Part shown: positions 36,966-48,200 of the stretch, piece after piece
How positions within the stretch are numbered: the first letter of the stretch is position 1
Layout: every line of letters starts with the position of its first letter
DNA from: Styela clava
Taxonomy: Eukaryota
Reading direction: 5' to 3'
Length of the DNA: 64,000 bases
Assembly: GCF_964204865.1 (NCBI RefSeq)
Contig: NC_135256.1
Location: 6,696,001 to 6,760,000, forward strand
Translations under genes and position numbers: made by a program
Notes under the pieces: generated by a model
The model's input: only the letters and a program-made list of their open reading frames with translations
Told to the model about the DNA's origin: nothing
Databases searched by the model: none

Positions 36966-37716
36966 ATAAACGACAATCCAGTTGGAGATAGTGGATGTAG
37001 AGTTTCCTCTATACCTTGACATATATACTTTACAATTTACTTTATCTGACAAAAACTGTTGATTCTATATTGTAACACATTGCCTACATTGTAATATTCT
37101 AACACATTGAAGACACAGAAGAGACATTTTCAATTTTTAATATTAGTACGTCAGGTTTATGTTAATAATTAAATCAATAACATTGCTACTATTATATAAG
37201 TATATTTATTTTATAGATTAATTAACATATTTTTGTTTGATTTTATTTTTTAAAATCATATTGAGTATTATTCAAGAAAAATTATCGAAGCAATGAAACT
37301 CTTTTGCGGGTTGGTATTGTTGGTGAGATATACTTCAGTTTAGCTTGATCGGCATTACCTTTTAAAAAAAAACATTTCCATGCTGTGGATGAGGCAGTTT
37401 TCTTTTACACAATAGTTACCAAAAATAAAGGTTTGGAAGATTTTATTGCTAAGTCAGTAAGTCAATTGTGCATTTTGTCAGCGCCGAAAACACCCTGTAG
37501 TCTAGAGTTCTAGACTCTAGTTTGTCAACGTTTCCCATTTTTATTATACAGTATCAGGTTTCAAAGCCGTTTCCGCTGCGAAGCTATTGGAGAAAGCCAA
37601 ATGTATATAGCAGTTGTACATAGGCCTGGATGAGAGTAAAATTTCCAAGTTCTTGTTAAGCAACAAATTTTATAATGTTGCCTATTTCCATCAGCACGAG
37701 AGAAAATATATGATAA

Positions 37717-38895
37717 CACTGGCCAACAAAAAAATTTTTTTTATGGTGTCTAAGATGTTTTAAACGTTTTTAGCACATTTGAGGGCGCTGATTTCAGAAA
37801 TGCTGTTACTTTTTCTCTATCAGGTCTAGTTTTTCCTCTATGGTATATCCCTCTCTGCAGGAAGCCGATTGTTACAATAAAGATAGGCAAATGAAGGAAC
37901 AATATTTTTCTGTAATTTTCTTGAACATATCCATGGAATCTCACCAAAATATTCACAATTAAAGCTGGAACTTGTAATAAATGCTTACTAATAGATGTCA
38001 TCGGCTATAAATTGACGTTTTACTGATTTTCTAGAATGGGAGGCCTCGGCATCATCGCGCTTGATAGGCCAACAGTAGTCTGCAAGCATGGTGGAATCCC
38101 AACGACCTTGATAGCGAACTTCCATGTCATTGATATCTTAATGGAAGCGCTCCCCTTGCTCATCGCTCACATCACCTAGATTTTCTGGAAAACGGGCAAG
38201 ATGGCTGTGCAAAAAATGTAACTTGATGCTCATATTTGCAGCCAGTTGACAGAGACTTGTAAGTAGTGTTTCAACAAGCTCTTTGTAGTTGGGCGCCTTT
38301 GTTTTTCCCAAAAAGAATTTTACTACAATTGTAAACTCCGTCCAAACCCTCAATTCTGTTGGATTCATAAAATTACAGAAAGTTACATCATTCAATAACT
38401 TTCGAATCTGGGGTTCATCAAAAATTCCAGCTCTTAATTTTCCTGTGGTTAGACCTGGAAATTTCCTGCAAATATATTTGAAACAGTCGCCATCTTTCTC
38501 AAGAGCCTTCACAAACTGTTTCATGATGCCAAGCTTTATGTGAAGAGGAGGAAACACAATTTTTGAACGGTCGATCTAAGGAGGAGCCAAAACATTGAGA
38601 AAGCCAGGAATCAACTCACTGCGCACAGGCAAATCTTTTTTTATCCAATGCTCTGTTCTTGCCCTGCTGTCCCACAAACACAAGAAGCAAGGGAATTTCG
38701 TGTAGCCACCTTGTAGCCCAAGGAGAAATCCTACCATTTTCAAATCGACACATATGATCCATTGGTGCTGTCTGTATGAAATATTTTCAAGTGCAAATTT
38801 AATTTCATCATATTTTTCTTTGAGGGTTGTTGAATGACCTAGAGGGACTGATCCAAATAGGTTTTCATTGTGAAGAAGAACACATTTTAAACTTA
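37717..38895 (-). mobile_element. Truncated DNA transposon relic, Chapaev3/CMC-like transposase C-terminal half plus one terminus
   Basis: Decayed frame LKCVLLHN..WIICVDLKMVGFLLGLQGGYTKFPCFLCLWDSRA..PPLHIKLGIMKQFVKAL..SDEQGERFH*DI..ME.RYQGRW; terminus TAA|CACTGGCCAACAAAAA at 37717. Family assignment is from recalled motifs. Confidence 0.75.
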
Positions 38896-39287
38896 TAATT
38901 ATAATCTATCTTGCAAATTATTTGAATACTATTTAAGAATATTTCACTCGACAATTGTAATTTTCAGAGCGTCCATATAAAAGAGCATAGAGGAAATATA
39001 TGCACACAAATACATGCTTTGACTACGTCAAAAGGCAGATGAAATGACCCTATTATCGACGCTAACTAACCTGTACAAGCGACAGAGGCGTCTCTGCTTA
39101 AAGATCTTCCGAGGTCCCCTCGCAACTCAAGTACACAAATAATGCAATAATTTCTGTTCATTTGTTTTATCTGTGATGCCGACTAACTGATTGATATATT
39201 GGAAAAAAACATAGACATGGACAAGATATCAAGGCGATGACTACAAATCAATCAACTTGATGTCCATACAATATGATAATCTGACAG

Positions 39288-39332
39288 AGACTGAAGTTCT
39301 GAAGGCCCCTGATTCAATACCGAGTCGGGGCA
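39288..39332 (+). pseudogene. Truncated tRNA-Phe(GAA) pseudogene (anticodon arm to 3' end)
   Basis: AGACTGAAGTTCTGAAGGCCCCTGATTCAATACCGAGTCGGGGCA aligns without gaps to the 3' part of eukaryotic tRNA-Phe (AGACTGAAGATCTAAAGGTCCCTGGTTCGATCCCGGGTTTCGGCA); 5' half absent. Confidence 0.6.
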
Positions 39333-40259
39333 TTCTTTGCCTTTTCTATGCTCAACATGCATAATTCATAAGAAATCAAGTCTGGTTTTTACAAACCCTA
39401 ACTTTATCATTAAAAGACGACATATCCATACCTCATTAAATCAAAAAGTCTTGTATTTATGTGACGTTTCGTCTGGCGAGGTTTAGTTTGTAATCTTTTG
39501 TACAAAATCTCCACCAAAAAAAATCATCTTGGAAGATCACTTTATATCGAACAAAATTGATTAATTAATAGGTTTCATCTCTCGAAACTGTGGTCGTTAC
39601 TCACGTCGTGAATAGCATAGCTTATTGGTTCCATGCGTTGTTGCACAAATAACGTACTCTTTGGGCTCCCAAAGGACCTCGACATCCCATAGTATAGTAA
39701 ACTTCAACGTTTATAACGTTAGAGAAAAATATTGACATTTAAACTTGTATTCTAAGACACTAAGTATCAACTTAGAAAAACGGTTTTATTAGGTAAGAAG
39801 CAACCATGATAACCTTAGTTTGTATATTATTTGAATCTTAGTTCTTCAAGTGGAAATCGCAAATAAAAAAAAAGGTTGCTATTGCTCACGATAGGGTTAG
39901 TGAACCCGTTCTTGGAATGTTGTGATATTAGCGAACTCGTTCTTGTTTTTTGTTTTGACGTTAGACGACAGCAGCAAATGGGATACACCGCAGCTGTGGA
40001 CTAGCGTTATATTTGGCGTTTCGAAAGGTGTTAGTTAGATTTATGCAGAGCGTTTTCGGTCGATCCAGCTTACGTAGTAACATACAATTTTTCACGCATT
40101 TTCTGAAATTAGGGAATCAGTTGTGACTGAGTTTGATACTGAATAGAACCCGTTCTTCCGAAATGCTCCACATTTCACGGTAAGAAGTATGCAATGGAGC
40201 AGGCAGTTCTTTGTTGAAAGCGAAAGTTACTTCTTCGACATACTGAAATTGTCTTAGAA

Positions 40260-40547
40260 CAAAGGTGGGCAAGGTTTTTGAAGAAGGGGCCAAAAAAATG
40301 CTCTCCTAGTCTGGCGGGCCATGTAAGTGTGACGTAAAAGTTACAATTATGAACAATATTCACCTTGTTTCGAAAGTGAAAGTGGAAAACAATATCAATC
40401 AATCGCAATCTCAACAAACTCCTTTAACTATTTTTTAGCTGAAACATCGAACCTCGTTCTAGTTTGTTTGTAGCAGCATCAGGCGGGCCGGATTGAATTA
40501 CCCAACAGACCGGATTTGGCCCGCGGGCCGTAGTTTGCCCATGTCAG
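40260..40547. mobile_element. hAT MITE (family shared with 20936-21208)
   Basis: Perfect TSD TCTTAGAA; GGCCCGCGGGCC subterminal motif. Confidence 0.85.
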
Positions 40548-41278
40548 TCTTAGAATCAAGACAAGAAAAATAGGTTTAAAGCCCGGAATTTTGGGATCCC
40601 ATTTATATGTACAGCACTTGTGTCCATCGCATTTAGTACTAAATATAGTGTTTTTTTTGTCGATTACAAACATGAGACGATTTACATTTAAAAGTAGCCT
40701 ACGTCATGATCAATACAACATCGAGGCGCCATAAAAATTATCGACGTTTCTATTCGGATTCTTGTTCAATTTATTCAGTATTACACAATACATACAAATT
40801 TGATTTCCATTATCCTATTTGTTTTTCGTTATGGAGAAAGTATGTTCTATTCCCAGTGCTATTCAGATCGTACTTGGCGAAATAAACCCAACTGACTTCT
40901 ACAGAAGTGAAATAAGCACACAATGGCTGTACTGCCAAATGTTCATTATAAAGTTGCATGATCGAATTAAATTGTTCCAAATAGCAGATTATGAAATACA
41001 CTCAAAACCTCAATGCAGGTAAGTATACGTTTGAAATCCAAATTACCAGAATCAAAAACGATAAATCAAAGACAAGAAACTCTTGAGCGAGGGCGGGAAA
41101 TACGTCATCAACTTCTCATATAAAACGTTGTATGAAAATATCACATCAGAAATGGAGAATATCAGTGAAAGGTTAATAGAAGGCTGAAGTTGCCATACAT
41201 GACATCGCAGAATGTCACTTGATCAACAATTTATATTTTCACTATACTGAAAACACACTTTGTACGAACAATATAATT

Positions 41279-42466
41279 CAGGGGTTCCCAAACTTATTTG
41301 GCCGCGGGCCAACATTTCAAGGCGAGGATACTCGCGGGCCAGTAAAGCGAGATGACCAAAAAAGCCCGACGTAAAGGCTGGGGTTAGAAAAGGCTAGGGT
41401 GCCGCAAATAGGCACCAAAATAGGATGCAAGATTGATTCTAGATACACCCAGTATTGCAGTTTGTTATGTAATAAAATTCATAAGTATGATAGTTAGGTG
41501 ATAGAATACCCGAGGAATAACAAGCACGACTTTCAAAAAGTATTTGTAACTGATAGCGACTAATGAGGTTACTTGCTCATCTGGAGTACGGCTTCGTATA
41601 AATGTCTACTCATATCATGGTCAAGTGTATTTTTTCCATCCAGTAAAAATAGCAAACGAAATTATGAAAAAAGTAAAATTGACACACATTTTACTGGGAA
41701 GGGAAATCGCTGGGAACTGATTATCAGGCAGCGACACCCAAGGTTTGTTATCTAATTAAATTTGTAGTTGAAGTTTATAAAACACTGTTATCTCTGGTGA
41801 GTATGGTTTTTGCAGTTGTACTACCAATATTATCCACTGACACTGAGGTTGAGATTGACCCCAGAGATAAGAGATGACCCCAGATAGCGACTCATGTTTT
41901 TTTTGTTAAACAAAAAAACGTCTCAATGTATATGAATATTAAAAAAAAACGAATAACCAACATAATTTACTTGCATTTTTGTAGATACGTGTAATTGGGG
42001 TTTGCTCGAAAACTGATGTTCAAAACGTGGCTCCAATTTGTTACATTGTATTTGCAATACCGCACTCTTAGTGATTATCTGTCAGTCTCGACCGTAGTTT
42101 AACAGGAATAGAACAAGAATAGTTTGTTGGCAAAGAAGACAAATCGCTGAAGTTTGATTCTTTTCAATAAAGAAATAAGAACGCTGCCATTTATCCGAAA
42201 AACGCCTGTTTGCAGTGTCTAGTTTTCGTTTTTGTGACATCTTCAAGCTTCCTTAATAAAGGGCTGAAACGTGATACCTAAAAGACTGCCGTACGCAATC
42301 CTAATACCGGTACGTAAGTTAAGATACCGGTATAATTGAATTGTTACCGGTTAATTGAACGTGTTAGTATTTATTCATGGTTATAGTTTCACTAATGTTC
42401 GGCGGGCCATTTGAAATCGTCTCGCGGGCCGTAATTGGCCCGCGGGCCGCGGTTTGGGAACCCCTG
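41279..42466. mobile_element. Non-autonomous hAT element
   Basis: TIRs CAGGGGTTCCCAAAC / GTTTGGGAACCCCTG; perfect TSD ATATAATT; GCGGGCC subterminal repeats. Confidence 0.9.
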
Positions 42467-45219
42467 ATATAATTAATTAAGAAACATTAAAACGGCATTT
42501 CTTGGCGAAAGGAGGCGCGAAAAACCAATGCTGGTTATTGAGAAGCGATTGAGCCTAACAGTGTAATATATAGAAAAAAGGAAAAGAACATTATAAATAG
42601 GTTTACGAAAAAAATGGGATCTAACCCGTTACATACAAAAATACGACTTTCTACGAGTATCATTATTCTGCTCTAAATTAAAAAGTCCTAGGCTAGGGCA
42701 AGTGGGTGGATTATTCCGCACGGCTCCCAGTCGCAGTTTGTGAAGATTGGTACATGTCGTTTGCATACAAGGCGATTCTCAGTTATTATTACAATCCCTA
42801 AAATCCGAAGTTTTTGAAATAGAAATTAAAGTTCGATTTTATGTTTTACAATTAATTATGGTGAGAAAGGCGGAAATGGAATATTTTTATTCACAGGCAC
42901 GAATTTAAACAGTTCTCGTGCATCAATTTTTTTCACTCACCTCACTTCACGACAATCCTGTTTACTCTATCATTCATATAAACTGTCGCTTGCGACGTTG
43001 GACATGCAATGCAGTGTAATCTTTTGTGTATATTCATGTTTATTTTCATGTACCATTTCTTATTTGGTGGAATTCAGGAATGTCGTTCTGGCGAATATCC
43101 AAAACGTTGTCTATTTTAAATTCGTCTTGAATCGTCGCAAAAATCCGACAGCAGACAGAAGACTTGTCAAAAATAAATCCAGAAAGTATTTGCGACAAAT
43201 ATAAAACATAGATTAATTAGCGAGTGCAGTCGGCCGGAACGACAGGAATTCAGTTGATAAGTGTTATTCACTGCGGCAGTCGCGGTGCACATGCGGTCGG
43301 CGCGGCACGGGAGGTCGGCGTACGTTCAAATAGCTAGGTCTGTAAACAAGAGGAGAAAACGGGAATCGCTGTGTTACTTGTGTCGGCATCTAACTGTGCC
43401 TGTGGCATATATTTAGTTTTGAAGTACCCGTTTTCTTAGAGCAAGATAATAGATGCAGAAGAAAGAAAAGTTAATATTTATGGAAATTAGCATGGCAATA
43501 ACATATTGCTGAGGAACCTTTTCGAAAGGGATGTAATTTTTTTTTGTAATTTGTGATTTTACATACGTTCAAACTATATAGACAAACTCAAGTTCTATGT
43601 AATTTAAAATAAAGTCGTTTTCTCCTAAGTCGTTTTTAGAATATTACATACAGATTCATTGCTACCCACAAATCCTTCTTGGATGTAATCCCTGTAAGCT
43701 GAGCTCAAATTGAGACGAGCACGCCGAAATTGTTTGATTTACTGACAAGAGGAAATAACTGTTTGCAATGATATTTCGATTTCAACGACTGAGTCACATC
43801 AACGGAAGCCTTACAATGTATAATAATTGCTGTATATTTAGTTTCGATAAAGGAAATGGTTTGCAACAACGTTTGAAGGGATGAGGGCTAGCGCATAACA
43901 GTAGGTGATTCTCAGTGGTAAGATTCAAAATTTTAAGAACGGGTTATATTTTGCGATCTTCCATACAAAGCCCTCACCCACGCTCAAAATCGAAAATTAG
44001 TTTTTATCCAGTTACGTTTATGTATGCAGATTGTGCTGGAAATTTAAATTTTCAAATCATTCCTAACCTTAAATGAATAATTGCTAATTATTTATTTCAA
44101 AACGTGGCGAGGTGTTCTTCCAATTCTCAATTTTTTGCATCAGTGGCAGGGGCTTTGTATAAAAGATCCCCATTTTGTATCTAACTCACTAACAACAGGT
44201 TCCCTCGTTTCATAAAATGCTCGTATAGCATATTTGGATTATTTTAACTAACTGCAGTTAACAGTAACAGTTGGACGTGTTTCAATTCATCCTAATTTGA
44301 TTTGGACATTGAAATTATAACTAATCTTTAGTCACAGGACACGAAAATTAGACGACCCGTCGTTCTGAGTACGACGGCGTTACAGTGTCATGCCCTCGGG
44401 ACTCCAAAACAAGTTTATAAAATGACCAACTATTAGGAAGCTGCAACTCATGTTTGCAGTGAAAATTTGATTTTGTCCAGCTGTAGCCAGTTCTAAACTG
44501 TTCACTTTGCATTCGGAAATATATATGATATCAATACATGTATTCGGAAACCGAGCAGTGTGTTTGTATCATTCAGAAATAGAAGGCATATCCTCAGAAA
44601 ATACAACAATAACAGTTTAGCTACGAACACAAGAAATATATATTTTTACTTAGAAATGTATGTATGTGACTATGGGAGCTGCTTTGCAATGAAATGCATA
44701 GCTAAAACATAAAACAAGAACATCACAATATTCCAACAACGGGTTCGCGTTAAGACCCTGAATCCCACCACTGGTTATACCTCATGGCGAAACGGTGATC
44801 ATAAACGGAATGGAACTAGCGTTACCTAATTCTGTTCATTAAGTCAAAGTGAATCCACCACATTTGGGATTATCATTGAATAGACATATATATACAGCAT
44901 AAGCCAAAATCACGGTAGCAGTTAATAATAAATAATTAATTCAAAAACTGTATCCTAACTTGGCCCACGCTATATCTTAAACTGCGTCGATTTTCGCTTA
45001 TATTGGAGTCGAATTTCGCAAAGTCTCGAATTCTGATTTTTCCCCACTTTACGCCTTGGTCCACTTGTTAACTTTATTATCCAAGATAACTGTCGCTTAC
45101 TGAGATGGGGTGCAAAGCGGTACAGGGTGTTGTGAATATTTATGTTTCTTTCGAATTCAAGATACCATTGGTTATTGTATATTATTTACTAATTTATATT
45201 GATATTATTCCGTTTAACA

Positions 45220-48200
45220 ATGAGTGAAAAGAAGGGAATACTGGAACGCCTCGCCGAAGGTCCAGTAATCGGCGATGGTAGTATGATTTTCACTTTGGAA
45301 AGGCGAGGCTATGCAAAAGCGGGACCATGGACGCCAGAAGCTACTGTGGAATATCCCGATGCAGTTCTTCAGCTTCATCGTGAATTCGTAAGAGCAGGAG
45401 CAGATGTTGTACAAACATGTACTTTCTATGCCAGTGATGGAAGACTCACGTATGCTCAAGATAAAAATGAGATCACGCACACTGTAAGAACAGCGATTCA
45501 TAAAATTTTGACGATAGCACTATTTAATGCAGTGGTTCTCAAACTTTTTAAGTCGTGCTCCCTTTCTGGAATTTTGCAAGTTTGGCGCCCCACTTCAAAA
45601 ATAACTATCTAAGATTAAGCTACAAATAACAGATAGTAAAGCGAAAGTATGTTTTATTTATAGAAAATGTTGAAAATACGTGGATGGAACGTTAATAATG
45701 GAGAAATGTTAATATCCAAAATAAGATGGTCAAGATCAAATCTAACAAATATTTTTATTTTCGGTTAGCTTCACGCCCTCTCAAAAATTGTCTAGGCCCC
45801 TCTTATAGGGCGCGCCCCACCGTTTGAGGTCCTATAATTTTATAGTTCGGGAGTGATATTACATATTTATTTGTTTATTCTCTTTTAGAGTGTTGAACTG
45901 AATGATGCGGCTTGCAAACTAGCGAGGAAAGCCGCAGATGAGAATGGCTGTCTTGTATGTGGTGGAATATCTCCAGTGCCTGCCTTTGCTCAGAAGAAAG
46001 GTGAATCAATTGTCCGCAGAGAATTTAGCAAGCAGATAGAAGTCTACAGAAAACACGATGTAGATTTTGTTATGTGTGAAGTAAGAATTTTGAATATTAG
46101 GGTTTCAGGCAGTGGTTGGATTCAAAATTCTAGGAACGGGTTCTATTTTGTATCAACCTCGTCAGCAACTGGTTCTCCCAAATAAGGTGTGTATGACACT
46201 ACGTAAGTTACATTAACATGACAGGCTTTTCATAAATCTAATACATAACATTCGAAAAGTCAAATAAAACGCTAGCTGTCAGCTGTGGTGAATGTTATAC
46301 TCATTTTCTGGGGTCTGACGTCTGAGACCGATAAAAATCTAGAACCCTGATAATCATGACATTCCAAAAACGTTTGCACAAACCCCTGAATATCACCACT
46401 GGCGATAAAGATGAATTCCCAACATGATATTTGGCAATAAACTGTGATAAAGATATACGTTAGGTATGAAGAATGTGTTCAACTACCAAACATTTAATTC
46501 CGATCATTGTATTACTTTCTAGTTAATGTACTGATAGATTTCAAATTATTTCGACATAGATTTTGTGGTGACCGTACATTTGAACCCATGTACATTTGAA
46601 CCCATGTGTATATCAGCGGGTTCAATCTTTATGCCGGCTAAAACCCATGGGTTAGGGTTAGTATGGTTTTAATATCCGCAAAACAAACAAAAAAATTCCA
46701 TAGGTGCAATAGTATGCAGGTGCAATTGCCGTGGGTTCAAATGTACGTGGGTTCAAATGTCATAGAACCAGATTTTTTTAATATTCAGTTTTTTAACGAC
46801 ATCCGTGAAGTTGAAATATGTGCCAGTGAAATGAAGAAATTGAAGAAACCGTTCGCGTTATCAATGAGATTAGGCGTGATGGGTGATGTTAACGGAGTAT
46901 CAGTTGAAGAATGTGCGATAAGAATGGCAAAAACAGGAGCAGATATAATAGGTTAGAAGTGTTCAAATGTACCATATTGGACGGAGGCAAGACATTAATA
47001 TATTTTTCGAATGTTTCATTCCAGGAAACAATTGCATTTATGATGTTAATACCAGTCTGAAAGTAATAAAACGAGTGAAAGAAGCATTAGAGAAAGAAGA
47101 CTTACATCCATATTTGTTGTGTCAGCCATTGGGAATGCATTGTCCAGAAACGGAAACAAGTCAAATGGGATACCTATCTCTACCCGAGTTTCCATTCGGT
47201 ATTTAGTATAGATTTATCTAAAATTAATACAAACTGAGTTCATTTCGTACGCATAATTTGTTTTCAGTGTAGGCGACAGGACCAGAATAAAATGGTAACA
47301 TACGTGCTTTGACCAAAGTATATATTCTATAAACTGTACAATCCCACTATACATACACATACGTACATATTCCCGTACATCACATATGATTCAGTGGTCA
47401 TTCAAGTTAGGTATTGGCCCCATGGCAATGAAGGAAAGAGCGTGTATTGCCAAAGCCAAATGAAAATAGTCCAATTTTGTTAAGAATGCCCGATTTCTGT
47501 TACAGCTTTAGATCCTCGTGTTATGACTAGAATAGAGGTTCATGAGTTTGCCAGGAAAGCGTGGAAACTCGGAGTTAGATATATTGGTGGTTGCTGTGGA
47601 TTCGAACCTCATCTTATAGCAGCAATATCACAAGAGGTAAGTTAAATCATACGTTTGTTTCAAGCGCTAAATATAATTCTCCGCACAATGTGATAAGCGT
47701 AATAGTTCTAAGATGGTGGATATTTATTGTCGTATGGCTTGCTCATTATAAGGTTGTAATTCCTGACTTAAATTGGACTTTACATCCACCGAAACTATAT
47801 GCACACAAGTTTGTTTGCATACGTATATAACCATTGCTTATTTTTTGTATCGAACTAACTAATAGCAGAAAATTTATGTATACATGTCACTGTGTAAGCT
47901 ACATTAACATGACAAGCTTTATATAAATCTAATGCATAACTTCCGAAACGCCAAATTCAACGCTTGACGCCGGCTGCAATGCGTATTGCTGCGATTGCCC
48001 AAGTAAAAGATAAAAACAAAAACAGTTTCGCGGAAAGCCGACTGAACGAACGAACCGACTGAATCTTACCACTGCAAAAAACACTTTTATTTGTCTTATC
48101 TCAGTTGGCTCCAGAACGAGGAGGAAAACAACCACCCATCAGAGATATGATGCAAGCGTTTGGTGGGGTATTTTTTAAGAAGAGTGCAGTTTCAAATATT

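Noticed and set aside
46190-47965. ~85-bp direct repeat in BHMT-1 introns 2 (~46190-46275) and 5 (~47883-47965) as a conserved regulatory element
   Set aside because: The first copy follows a hAT-like terminus (CAGTGGTTGGATTCAAAATT at 46110) and no counterpart was seen in BHMT-2 introns; probably an interspersed repeat.
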